DNA of 64,000 bases from an uncultured virus (IMG/VR IMGVR_UViG_3300034375_008561) (taxonomy: Duplodnaviria; Heunggongvirae; Uroviricota; Caudoviricetes), in IMG/VR virus record IMGVR_UViG_3300034375_008561; one strand, given 5' to 3'. Shown in pieces: positions 47,647 to 58,106 of the stretch. The position numbers and the translations under genes are program-made. Within the stretch, counting starts at the first letter, position 1. Each line of letters starts with the position of its first letter. A model generated the notes under the pieces. It was not told the origin of the DNA, did not search any database, and was given only the letters and a program-made list of their open reading frames with translations.

Positions 47647-48564
47647 ATGAGCGAACTTAAATTTGTAACAATAGATAGAATACTTGCAAAGCTCAACAGA
47701 GATTTGAAAGGTTCATTGCTAAATGAGGGAGACGTTATTGAAATGATAGGTGAATCCCTTGAATTCCTTAAGGTCCCACAGGTATTAGAACAGTCAGTAG
47801 CCTTTTTAAAAGTAGAAGACTATCATGCTGTTATACCTGATGGTTTGCACATGGTAACACAAATAGCTAGAAACAACAAACCAACAGAATGTACTTGCCC
47901 AGCATCAGATGTATCTGCTGTGAGCACAGATGAAGAAGTTACTATACCAGTAAATGTTCCATGTGAATGTAACTTTACTTGCCCAGATAGGATACTAAAT
48001 CCTGACTGGACTTATGAGGTATGGACAAGCTCACCTGAATATGAAAGAAACTACTCTGTTGTTAGATTAGCCACAGGAACATTCTTTAACTCTTTGGTAT
48101 GCAAGGAGAAAGATGAGTCATTATATATGACCTGCGAGGATGAATACACAATAGTTGGAACAGTAGATAAGAGATTAAGATTTAATTTTATTGAAGGTCA
48201 GGTAGCAATAGCTTACTTGAGAAACACTATTGACCAAGAAACAGGCTATCCATTAGTACCTGAGCATATTTCTTATATCTCTGCAATCACTTATTACATT
48301 AAGTGGAAATTAGCTGAGATGTATGAGTGGGCTGGTAGAGATGGTTGGGCAGGCAAAGCTGACAAGGCTGAAGCTAGATGGATAAAATATGCAAGACAAG
48401 CTAAAAATGAAATGAAGATGCCAAAAACTCTAGACCAATACCAGAACTTACTTGAGCAAACTCATCAATTAATACCAAACCACAGAAGATATTATGGTTA
48501 CTTTGGAAACTTAGGTAAAGACCAACCTAGAATTTATAATACATTAAACAAAGTCTATGGATAA
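47647..48564 (+). CDS. tail tubular/ring protein
   Basis: DQETGYPLVPE...AITYYIKWK, directly upstream of the muzzle gene. Confidence 0.65.
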   Translation: MSELKFVTIDRILAKLNRDLKGSLLNEGDVIEMIGESLEFLKVPQVLEQSVAFLKVEDYHAVIPDGLHMVTQIARNNKPTECTCPASDVSAVSTDEEVTIPVNVPCECNFTCPDRILNPDWTYEVWTSSPEYERNYSVVRLATGTFFNSLVCKEKDESLYMTCEDEYTIVGTVDKRLRFNFIEGQVAIAYLRNTIDQETGYPLVPEHISYISAITYYIKWKLAEMYEWAGRDGWAGKADKAEARWIKYARQAKNEMKMPKTLDQYQNLLEQTHQLIPNHRRYYGYFGNLGKDQPRIYNTLNKVYG

Positions 48565-51500
48565 GAATACTACACCTATCAAAGGGGGATTACATTTAGA
48601 TAATTCTCGTACTGATGTCCCAAAAGGGACATATCAATATGCATTAAATGCAGTAAATGAAACTGAGCAAGGTGACAACTCTTTTCTTTCAAATGAAGGC
48701 AGTAACACTCCTTGTGGACCTTTACCCTCTGGTTATATACCAATAGGTTCAGTCTACATAGGAAATAACAAAACTGCTATCTTTTCTATTAGTCAAGATG
48801 GCTCTACTAGCGAAATAGGTGTTAGAGATGAAGAATGTAATTATGTTACACACGTAAACGGAAACTTAGGGTTTAAAATTACACAGCAAATTGATGCAAC
48901 CTTCAGGTTGAGAAAAGGATGTGAAAGGACAATTTACTGGGTTGATGGTAAGAACAATAAACCAATGTATTATGTATTTGAGAAGCCTTGGCAATTCCAA
49001 ACTGATTTAGGGGCTTGGGATAAAAATAAATTTGAGCTCCAAAGGAGTTATGGGAAAGTACCTAGATTTCAAGAAGTTGAAGTTCTTAATTCTGGAGGAC
49101 AATTAGAGGCAGGTTCATATAATATAGGCATAAGATACAAAGATGAAAACTTAAATCCAACAGAATGGATTACTACATCTGAAGTAATTTTAGTATATAA
49201 CACTGACACTAATGAAGAGTATCTAGATATTAGTGGAAGTATAAATATAGAATCAGGAGCAGATATAGAAGATTATAGAGATTTTCCAACTACAGATAAA
49301 GCGATAAGAGTAGTGTTAGATAATTTAGATACTACTTTCTTATTTTATCAACTAGCATTTATAGAAGCAACAACAGGTAATGGACAGATTAGTGCTATAA
49401 AATATACAGAAGATATACCTATAGATAATAGTATCTTTATTTTTACAGGAGGAAATTTTAGTGTTAATGGTACAGAAGAAGAAATTAAAGCTGTAACAGC
49501 TATTATTGAATCAGCAGGGTCTATTGAGCAGGCAGACAATATGTTAATCTTAGGTAACACTCAAGGGAAACAAGTTAATTTCTGTAAGTTACAAAGATAT
49601 GCATCTAGGATTCAAGCAGATATGACAGTAAAAAATGTATTGTCTAATAACATGATAGACCCAGCAAATCCAAAAAGTCCTACAGCTAGATTTGAAGGAG
49701 TAGGATATATGCCAGGAGAAATATATTCTTTTGGTATTATCTATGTATTTAAAGATGGGTCTCAGTCTCCTGTATATCATATCCCTGGAAAAAGTAATAG
49801 TATACTGTCTCCATTAGGGGATAATGTTTCAGAAAATTATATATTTCAACCAGCTATTGGGCAAGAAATTTATCCTATGTCTATTGATAATGGAAGTTTG
49901 AATTCTAGATATAGTGATAATAGTACTTGTGAAGATGGAGATTTTTGGGGAGTTGATTCAATAGGAACTCCCTTAACAGGAAATTTGGTCAGACATCATA
50001 GATTCCCATTAAGGAGTGATATAGGTTTACCTTTAGTTAGTTTAGATACAGTAGAAGGTGGAGTAAGCACATATTATCAAATAAAATTAAGTGTTACAGG
50101 TACTATACTGTCTTCTTTTGTTTGTGATGCAACAGGTGTTTCAAATGGTGACTGCCTCTCTACAGAATTAGGATTACAAATTCCTTATGATATTTTTCAA
50201 GTTAGGATAAGTTTTGAGCATGAGGGACAACCTGATGAAATGATTGTTAATATAAATCCTTTAGATTACTTAGGTGTGGGAGATACAGCTACAATTGATT
50301 TAGCAGAATACTCAAACTATTTAATTACAAATGCAATCACTATCACAAACCTTCAAGAAAGTAAATATGATGGTACTGCTGTAAGTCTTGGTACCACTTC
50401 AGGAACTGGGGATGTAGAACATGGGTCATTATCCTACACTGTGGAAGTTGTTCCAGCAGAATTTAATTCAGAGACTCGTCTTTACTCTACAAAAATGTAT
50501 GGTATACAATTTTCAAATATCGATTTACCTACTGTTGAAGACACAGGAGGAGAAGAAATTATTGGATATTATATAGTTAGAAATGAAAGGACTGAGTTAG
50601 AAAAAACTATTTTAGATAGTGCTGTTCTTACTCCAACAGTTACAAATGACAAATATATTTCTCATGGATTAATGTTTCCTGAATTCAATGGGGCTCCTAG
50701 AGTGTCTCAGGAAGTTATGGGATTAATTCACCCTGAACATAAATTTCACAATAAAAAATATTCTGAGTATTCAGAAATGATTCAACAAGGTGGATTTAAA
50801 GTTATACAAAGAGAAAAAAGTAAAAGTAGATATTTAGATATTACTGATGGAACAACCTTTGACTCTTCTGTACACAAAGGAGGAGGTGGTCAAGATGATG
50901 ATGGATGGTCTTTAAAAGCTATTACTAGGGATAACATCACAGAATTTGTTACAGAGTATGATGAGTTTAATTATACAGAAGCAGAGATTGAAGACACTTT
51001 TTATTTAAAGGCTCTTCAAAGCAGAAATATACAAGCAGAAGAAAAGAAAGTATTTAATCTTGCAGGAGATAATAGAGTAGGTATTGTAGAGCTTGCAACA
51101 GGCACAAATGCATATATTACAGACACATTACCTTATGTCTATATTAAGCGACCAATAGCAGATTCATATTCCACATTTAGGTCTCTGCCTTATTATAAAA
51201 CAAGCATAAATATGCATGAATTTTATGATGCAGCAGGAGTCTATGACCCTGATAGTGATACTACTGTTGAGTTTGCAGGAGACACATATATATCCGCTAT
51301 GAGGTATGTCAACACAATGTGGTGGGATAACAGAGTGGCTAAAAGGGCTGGGAGAACATCAGTCTGGAGTTATATAATTGGTGCCATACTTATTGTGATA
51401 GGAGCTATTCTAACTATTTTTGGAGTAGGAGTCATAGTAATTGGACTAGGTATTGCAGTTCTTGGAGCTGGAGCATTATTTATTTCTTCAGGTATTGAAA

Positions 51501-54391
51501 GAGATGCTTTAGTAAGAGCATACTATGATGAGTATGATAAAGGGTTAAGAGAGACTACTTTAGATGATTGGGTAAGTAAAGAATATCAAGACTTACCTTG
51601 TGAAGGATATGGTAGAACAACATGTGATACACCTGAAGATGATGAAATAGAGTGGTTAGCAGATTGTGTAACAGATTTATGGTTTGAATCTCAAATTAAT
51701 ATATCTTTAAGGTACGGAATGACTTCTGGTGTTCCTACATTCCTAAATGCACCAGGTAAACTAGAATCAGGTAATACAGAGGTGGAACAAGCCTATGAAC
51801 ATTTTGATATCTATAAGCAGAGGGATGTTTCAATATATCCTTTTACAAAATTGGATAGACATGTTATGGATAAGCTTTTGGTATTTAGCCCTGAAAGAGG
51901 AGATAGCAGAGAATACATAGGACACCCATTAGGAGAATGGTATGAAATCAATCCTGATTATAAGAGAGAAAATCATGAAAAATCATACTTTCATTTGCCA
52001 ATTGAATATGATTGTTGTTCAGAATGTCAAGAGGATTTTCCTCACAGAATTCATAATTCTCAGCAATCATTCCAAGAAGAATTAACTGATAACTTCAGAG
52101 TGTTCTTACCTAATGATTATAGAGATATAGAAGGTGAGACAGGGCAGATTACAGATTTGTTTAGAATATCAAACAACATCTATATCCATACTGAAGAAGC
52201 ATTATGGCACCAACCTCAAAACTTCCAAGAAAGAGTTACAGGGGATATTGTGTCCTTCTTAGGAACTGGTGGTTATTTCAATATACCTCCAAGAAAAATA
52301 TTAGATGATAATAAAGCTTCTGCAGGGACTAGACATAGATGGGGAACTACAAAGACTAAGCATGGTGTATTCTTTGTCTCTGAGCAAGAAAACAAAATAT
52401 ACAATTTTGATGGGAATGCTTTAAATCCTATTTCTGATATAGGAATGTCCTCTTGGTTTAATAAGAATACAAAAATTAAATTACTAAGTGATTATTATGA
52501 TTCAGATGGTTCAGTATTTCCTTATGATAATAATCCTTCAAACCCTTATGGAGTTGGTTTTATTTCTGTCTATGACACAGAGAAAGAAAGAGTACTCTTT
52601 ACTAAAAAAGATAAAGTATTAAATGAAGCTTTACCAGCCAATGGGGACTATGAAATTTGTACTTTAGGTGGAGACCTCACTATATTTGAAGATATCAGTC
52701 AGACAATTGCAACTAGGGCTTTAGCTGGGTGGACATACACGGGTATAGAGGATTGTAGATTAAGATTTGAAAGGACTATTAATAATACACAAACTGTAAC
52801 AGGGCAAGTATTGCATTTAGAAACACTACCTACTACAGCTGATATTGTGGTACATTATGATACCTCTGGTTCTTTTACTCCAACAGCAAGAGCAGACATT
52901 AAAGCTGTTGTCGATGCATGGTTACTTACATTCCAAGCAAATAACCCAGGATGGGTTGGAAGTTTATACCATTTTGAAACGGGTTCTTCATCTGGAGAAG
53001 TTTGGATAAATGCACTTGATGAAGTATTAAATTCTCCATCTTTGCCTTTCCTTGCAAGACCTAATGATGAAATAGATATGGTAATGGTGTCTTTCACTAA
53101 TGAATCAGACCCACATTATCATTCTAATGTATTATCTAATCCTATGCAGTCTCCTCCTGCATTGTTTGATACTCATGCAGCTCAATTTAGACTCCAACAT
53201 GATACTTTAAAATCATTTAAAGGTTTATTATACCCTGTAGTATTTTCTACTGGTGGTGGCAGTGATGCTTCTACTAGAGTATTTTATCAAACTATGCTTG
53301 GAGCAATAAAAAATACAAATTATTCAACAGGAGAGACAGATGTTATCCCTGTAAATCCAGGTTTTTCTGCTCCAGACTGGGCTATATTAATAGGTTCTTT
53401 ACAAAATGCTATTGGTTATGCTCAATATGTTGGTTTTGAAAATTATGGTTGGAAAGTTGTTTATGATAGCTGGTGGGATGGTAATGTTTTAAACCCTATT
53501 GTAGATGAGGCTGAATTTAATACAAACATTGAGGAATTCTTAACAGGTACTCCTGTGGTATTATATGACAATCAAGATATAGAAATTAATGTACCTACAG
53601 TAGAAGTAGAATATGAAGATGGTATACCTACTGAGTTAGCACAAGGAGACCAATCTTGGACTATGAGTTATTCTTTAAAAGGTAAGTCATGGACTTCTTG
53701 GCATTCTTATTTACCTGACTTTTATTATTCAATAGCAGGTAAATTTTATTCCTGGATAAATGAGATTGATTTAGAATTCCCAAGACCAAATAGTTTTTAT
53801 AAACATAACGTGCATGCTCAGTACCAGAGATTCTATTATTCTCAGGTGCCTTTTATTGTAGAGTACACATCTTTATCAGACCCTATAAAAACTAGAGTAT
53901 GGGAGGATATTAAACTTCACACTGAGGCAAAGAAATGGGATGCAGTAAATGAAGAATACATAGACCAAAGATTTATAACTTTTAATAAAGCTATAATGTA
54001 TAACCACAGACAGTGTACAGGAGAGCTTATATTAGAGCCTAAGAGCACAGATGATGATAATGTAGACTACTTATTAGAGCAAGTAGTAAACAACCCAGGA
54101 CTCACCATCACAGTAGATAAGAATGAGGGAGATTGGTCTCTTAATGATATCAGAGACATTAGAGTAGATTATGACCAAACTATATTTGATTCTAATATAA
54201 TGTCACGCCAAAGTGATTACTATACGGACAAAATATTAAATGTTTCAGCTCTAGATGAAAATAAATCACCATGGGAACTTGAAAGTTTCAGAGGAAAATA
54301 TTTGGTAGTTAGGTTAATATTCGATAACTTTGATGACGTTAAGCTGATTATGAACTATTCTATTGAAACTGAACAGGTTACAGATGTTTAA
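48557..54391 (+). CDS. tail stabilisation/muzzle protein (1944 aa) with insertions
   Basis: GYMPGEIYSFGIIY, FLPNDYRD...GQIT, WTMSYS...WTSWHSYLPD, FRGKYLVVRL; synteny. Confidence 0.75.
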   Translation: MDKNTTPIKGGLHLDNSRTDVPKGTYQYALNAVNETEQGDNSFLSNEGSNTPCGPLPSGYIPIGSVYIGNNKTAIFSISQDGSTSEIGVRDEECNYVTHVNGNLGFKITQQIDATFRLRKGCERTIYWVDGKNNKPMYYVFEKPWQFQTDLGAWDKNKFELQRSYGKVPRFQEVEVLNSGGQLEAGSYNIGIRYKDENLNPTEWITTSEVILVYNTDTNEEYLDISGSINIESGADIEDYRDFPTTDKAIRVVLDNLDTTFLFYQLAFIEATTGNGQISAIKYTEDIPIDNSIFIFTGGNFSVNGTEEEIKAVTAIIESAGSIEQADNMLILGNTQGKQVNFCKLQRYASRIQADMTVKNVLSNNMIDPANPKSPTARFEGVGYMPGEIYSFGIIYVFKDGSQSPVYHIPGKSNSILSPLGDNVSENYIFQPAIGQEIYPMSIDNGSLNSRYSDNSTCEDGDFWGVDSIGTPLTGNLVRHHRFPLRSDIGLPLVSLDTVEGGVSTYYQIKLSVTGTILSSFVCDATGVSNGDCLSTELGLQIPYDIFQVRISFEHEGQPDEMIVNINPLDYLGVGDTATIDLAEYSNYLITNAITITNLQESKYDGTAVSLGTTSGTGDVEHGSLSYTVEVVPAEFNSETRLYSTKMYGIQFSNIDLPTVEDTGGEEIIGYYIVRNERTELEKTILDSAVLTPTVTNDKYISHGLMFPEFNGAPRVSQEVMGLIHPEHKFHNKKYSEYSEMIQQGGFKVIQREKSKSRYLDITDGTTFDSSVHKGGGGQDDDGWSLKAITRDNITEFVTEYDEFNYTEAEIEDTFYLKALQSRNIQAEEKKVFNLAGDNRVGIVELATGTNAYITDTLPYVYIKRPIADSYSTFRSLPYYKTSINMHEFYDAAGVYDPDSDTTVEFAGDTYISAMRYVNTMWWDNRVAKRAGRTSVWSYIIGAILIVIGAILTIFGVGVIVIGLGIAVLGAGALFISSGIERDALVRAYYDEYDKGLRETTLDDWVSKEYQDLPCEGYGRTTCDTPEDDEIEWLADCVTDLWFESQINISLRYGMTSGVPTFLNAPGKLESGNTEVEQAYEHFDIYKQRDVSIYPFTKLDRHVMDKLLVFSPERGDSREYIGHPLGEWYEINPDYKRENHEKSYFHLPIEYDCCSECQEDFPHRIHNSQQSFQEELTDNFRVFLPNDYRDIEGETGQITDLFRISNNIYIHTEEALWHQPQNFQERVTGDIVSFLGTGGYFNIPPRKILDDNKASAGTRHRWGTTKTKHGVFFVSEQENKIYNFDGNALNPISDIGMSSWFNKNTKIKLLSDYYDSDGSVFPYDNNPSNPYGVGFISVYDTEKERVLFTKKDKVLNEALPANGDYEICTLGGDLTIFEDISQTIATRALAGWTYTGIEDCRLRFERTINNTQTVTGQVLHLETLPTTADIVVHYDTSGSFTPTARADIKAVVDAWLLTFQANNPGWVGSLYHFETGSSSGEVWINALDEVLNSPSLPFLARPNDEIDMVMVSFTNESDPHYHSNVLSNPMQSPPALFDTHAAQFRLQHDTLKSFKGLLYPVVFSTGGGSDASTRVFYQTMLGAIKNTNYSTGETDVIPVNPGFSAPDWAILIGSLQNAIGYAQYVGFENYGWKVVYDSWWDGNVLNPIVDEAEFNTNIEEFLTGTPVVLYDNQDIEINVPTVEVEYEDGIPTELAQGDQSWTMSYSLKGKSWTSWHSYLPDFYYSIAGKFYSWINEIDLEFPRPNSFYKHNVHAQYQRFYYSQVPFIVEYTSLSDPIKTRVWEDIKLHTEAKKWDAVNEEYIDQRFITFNKAIMYNHRQCTGELILEPKSTDDDNVDYLLEQVVNNPGLTITVDKNEGDWSLNDIRDIRVDYDQTIFDSNIMSRQSDYYTDKILNVSALDENKSPWELESFRGKYLVVRLIFDNFDDVKLIMNYSIETEQVTDV
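54301..54332 (+). promoter_or_regulatory. Bacteroidota-type promoter for cargo genes, inside the muzzle 3' end
   Basis: TTTG-20 nt-TAACTTTG. Confidence 0.55.
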
Positions 54392-54418
54392 GATAGTAAT
54401 TTAAAAGTTAACAATAAT

Positions 54419-56146
54419 ATGAAAAGAAAAAAATTTGGATACGGAGGTAGAAATAGAGTAGTTAGAAACTATTTAGAGACTCCTTCAGAGACCTTGGCAG
54501 AGAATGATATCATGCTTGCCAAGGCAAAAAGTAAAGCTGCAAACAATGGATGGGTTAAAGCAACCCAGATACTTGGAACTGCAGCTATACAATATGGCAT
54601 GAACAAAATGGGTGCAGGAGGAGCATCAGGTTCTATAACAGGAGCTTTTAATGACCCATCTGATGGTGGTATAGTAGGAGGAGAGAGTTCTCAAGGCTTT
54701 GATAATCAACAAAGCACTTTCAATGCAGGCTTTGGTGATGGAGGATTTGGCGATGCAATGGGGAATGATGATAGTATGTATGCAGCCTTTGGTGGTGAAG
54801 TAAAATCACAAGAAGTTGAAGTTGAAGATGGAGAAACTGCAGAACTTCCTGATGGTGGATTACTTGAGTTTAAAGGTAAAGACCATAAAGATGGTGGGAT
54901 AGATGTAAACTTACCTGATGGCACAGACATTTTTTCAAAGAGAATATCTATTAAAGGTATAACCATGGCTGAAAGAGAGAAAGCTAGAAAGAAAGAAGAA
55001 CAGAGACTAGCCAAACTTTTAGATAAGACTCCTTATGATAAAACTTTAGAGAATACCTTTCTCAGAACTCAAGAAACAAATAAAATGGAACAAGAAAAAG
55101 ACAAGAGACTTCAAAAAGCAGTCAAAATGGTCAAGGACCTTGCCAGCATGTCAAACCAAGTTAAGAAGAAAGCTGCCTGGGGATTAGATGGTGGTGATGA
55201 CCCTGAAAATCCATTGTATGCAAATATGACTGACGAAGATTTCTTGGCACAGGCTCAAGTCTTTCTACAAATGAATCAAGATGATGGAGCAGGAACCACA
55301 GCAGGAAAAGGAGTAGAAGGAGGAACTGATAAACCAGGAACTGGATTTGGTAGGATGGCTAGAAATCTTTTTGGAGGTACAGACCCTGATGGCAATGAAG
55401 TTGAAGGAGGTCTTAATTTAAACATGGGAGATTTAGCAGGCATGGCAGGTACAATGTACTCAGCCTTTGCACCTATGGCAAATACAAAGAAGCAAAGGTC
55501 AGAGGATACTCCTAATATAAATGCATTCAGAGACTTTGGAAATGATGCCTTAGATAGAATAGACAGTGCAAAAGGATATGCAGATGAACAAAAATCTAAA
55601 GCTTTACTGGATGTTGATAAGGGAAGAAACAGAATAATACAGGGTAACAGAGCTAGTGCAAGAGGTGTTAATACCTTAAGAGCTTTGGACTTAGCAGCAG
55701 ATAGTCAAGCAACAGACCAAAAATCAGATATCTATGACCAGTTCAGTAAGAACATGATGAACATGCTTTCAACACAAGCAGGATTTGAAAACCAACAAGA
55801 TTCAGCTGTAATGGCAGGTGAGCAAGCAAGAGACTTAGCTGATAGAGAAGATAGAGATAATTACTACTCTCAACTGGCACAAGACATTGCATCAAAAGGA
55901 CAAGGAATACAGCAAGGTGCTAAAATGCTTAATCAACAAAAACTTAACAAAGCAAAAACTGAAGCAATTAATAATACAAGCACTGACTTTAGTTATGTTA
56001 ATGGTAAAATTGTTGATAAGAATGGAAAAGTAAAGATGAGCCCAGCAGAAATAGAAAAAGCAGCAAGAGTTGGAGGATTTTTAAACGCAGATGGAACTGT
56101 GAACACAGAAAAGTATTTAGCATCAATAGGTATAACAACAGAATAA
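54419..56146 (+). CDS. putative internal virion cargo/ejection protein
   Basis: Gly/Ala/Gln-rich, helical. EVEDGE...GKDHKDGG. Follows the muzzle gene. Confidence 0.6.
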   Translation: MKRKKFGYGGRNRVVRNYLETPSETLAENDIMLAKAKSKAANNGWVKATQILGTAAIQYGMNKMGAGGASGSITGAFNDPSDGGIVGGESSQGFDNQQSTFNAGFGDGGFGDAMGNDDSMYAAFGGEVKSQEVEVEDGETAELPDGGLLEFKGKDHKDGGIDVNLPDGTDIFSKRISIKGITMAEREKARKKEEQRLAKLLDKTPYDKTLENTFLRTQETNKMEQEKDKRLQKAVKMVKDLASMSNQVKKKAAWGLDGGDDPENPLYANMTDEDFLAQAQVFLQMNQDDGAGTTAGKGVEGGTDKPGTGFGRMARNLFGGTDPDGNEVEGGLNLNMGDLAGMAGTMYSAFAPMANTKKQRSEDTPNINAFRDFGNDALDRIDSAKGYADEQKSKALLDVDKGRNRIIQGNRASARGVNTLRALDLAADSQATDQKSDIYDQFSKNMMNMLSTQAGFENQQDSAVMAGEQARDLADREDRDNYYSQLAQDIASKGQGIQQGAKMLNQQKLNKAKTEAINNTSTDFSYVNGKIVDKNGKVKMSPAEIEKAARVGGFLNADGTVNTEKYLASIGITTE

Positions 56147-56149
56147 ATT

Positions 56150-58096
56150 ATGGGAAGATTTTATAAAACAGCAAAGCCAACTTTTGTAGATGATATTATC
56201 TACCAGGCACCACATGAACTGATGTTAAATGCCTTAACCTCTCATCAAGAGAAGTTTGACCAACAGAAAGAAGTCATTGATAGCTTTTCTGCAGCAGGAG
56301 AAAATCTTGACTATGTAGATAAAGATTCAGAAGCAAGACAGGCAGCTATTGACAAACACAGAAATAAATCTAATGAGCTAGCAGATAAGATTGCTAAGAA
56401 TCCAGCATTATATCAACATTATATGGGTGAAATCAATAAAGCCAAGAGAGACTATGAATATGATATGACTCAAGGTGATTTATTCCAAATGGACAGAACA
56501 GCAAAGAGACGAGAAAAAGTTAGAGCTGCTGAGAAAGTCAGATTAGATAAAGGTGAGATTAGTGCAGACCAATATCAAGCAGCAATAGACACATTAGATA
56601 GACAATATGAAGGTGTTGGTAAAGGTAACTATGATGAAAGTATCCATATCTATAATAAAGTAGATGAAAATGCACTTGTCAAAAACCTTAAAGACAATAT
56701 AAATGTCTCTACCACTGGAGTATCAACTACGCAGCCTGATAAGCCTGGGTATATGATTAAAGAAGGGTCAACAACAGCTTACTTAACAAAAGAAAGGCTA
56801 GAACAAATTATAGAAGCAGACCCACAAATGCAGGATTGGAGAAATGCTGAACTGCAAACTATGGAAAGACAACTAGCTAATGGTGCTCTTACAGATAAAA
56901 ATGGCAGACCTATCACAGATGAGGATGGTATGAGAGCTGAGTATCTTAAAAGGTCAGAGGATTTCAAAAAATCAACTATTGACAAATTAGCTTACCAAAA
57001 AACTGATGTCGAAACTGCCTATTCTAATGATGCTTCATACTGGGCAGGGAAGAGTAATGAAAGAGCGTGGTATCAGATAAGAAAGAAAGAAGAAAAAGAA
57101 GGTGGTGATGTATATGAACTTAATGTAACTGGACAATATAAAGAATTAGATGCAGGCAGTGTTGAAAACATATTTAGTATTGGAGGTTTGGATAAAACCT
57201 ATGGTAACCAAATACCTAATGCTCCAGTTAATGCAGATGGTTCAATTCCTAAAACTCCTTATACAAAAGCACAGATGGTTGCATATCTTAATAATGAAAA
57301 AGCTAATCTTGCTACAAAATTAAAGGCTATTGATATGCCTCAGGAAACCTTTAAAGAAAAAATGAAAGACTATAATGAGAGAACTAAACTAGCTAAACAA
57401 TTGGGAGTTACAGTAGAGCTACTTGCGAGACAAGCTAATTATGATACGAGTTATGAGTATAGGGCTGTTAGGTCTCCAGATAGAAATGGAGAAGATTATA
57501 ATCTTAATCAGCAATATGAAGCAACTATTGTTAAGGGAGTAAATAATATGGGGGCTGAGACTATTGTTAAAGCTAAAATTATTCGCCCAGATGGTACAGT
57601 TGTATCAGATGAGGATATTACATTGGGTAATGCTAATAAACAAGGCTATATAACTCCACAACAGGTAGCAACAGTTGAAGAGGATTTAGTTCCACTTTCA
57701 AAGGATGGAAATGTTGGTTACAAAGGGCATACTGGAGAAGTTGTAATGATGCCTTCTGGAGAAACAGAGGAAGTAAATGGCAAGATAAGAGACAAGGAAA
57801 TTCCTGCAACTAAAGAGTATGTCGTGAATAATGGATTAGGCGTAACTAAAAAAGTGCAGGGGGTAAAGAGTGATGACACAAAACCTTTAGTGAATATAGA
57901 TAAAGATAGAATTACAACGTCTGAGATAACAGATTATGGTAATGGAAGGTCAGCTCCTAAAACTACAAAATACTATAATGTCCACACATATAAAAATGTT
58001 ATGAACCCTAGCACGGGTAAGATGGAACAACACACAGTCATACTACAAATACCTGAAAAGGACTTCGACATTAAGATGTTGAGAACACAAAACTAA
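56150..58096 (+). CDS. putative internal virion cargo/ejection protein
   Basis: 648 aa, helical N-terminus, synteny. Confidence 0.55.
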   Translation: MGRFYKTAKPTFVDDIIYQAPHELMLNALTSHQEKFDQQKEVIDSFSAAGENLDYVDKDSEARQAAIDKHRNKSNELADKIAKNPALYQHYMGEINKAKRDYEYDMTQGDLFQMDRTAKRREKVRAAEKVRLDKGEISADQYQAAIDTLDRQYEGVGKGNYDESIHIYNKVDENALVKNLKDNINVSTTGVSTTQPDKPGYMIKEGSTTAYLTKERLEQIIEADPQMQDWRNAELQTMERQLANGALTDKNGRPITDEDGMRAEYLKRSEDFKKSTIDKLAYQKTDVETAYSNDASYWAGKSNERAWYQIRKKEEKEGGDVYELNVTGQYKELDAGSVENIFSIGGLDKTYGNQIPNAPVNADGSIPKTPYTKAQMVAYLNNEKANLATKLKAIDMPQETFKEKMKDYNERTKLAKQLGVTVELLARQANYDTSYEYRAVRSPDRNGEDYNLNQQYEATIVKGVNNMGAETIVKAKIIRPDGTVVSDEDITLGNANKQGYITPQQVATVEEDLVPLSKDGNVGYKGHTGEVVMMPSGETEEVNGKIRDKEIPATKEYVVNNGLGVTKKVQGVKSDDTKPLVNIDKDRITTSEITDYGNGRSAPKTTKYYNVHTYKNVMNPSTGKMEQHTVILQIPEKDFDIKMLRTQN

Positions 58097-58106
58097 ACTA
58101 TAAAAT

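Noticed and set aside
58058..58076. KDFDIK as an RNA polymerase catalytic motif
   Set aside because: Lacks the third Asp and lies at the extreme C-terminus of the 648-aa protein
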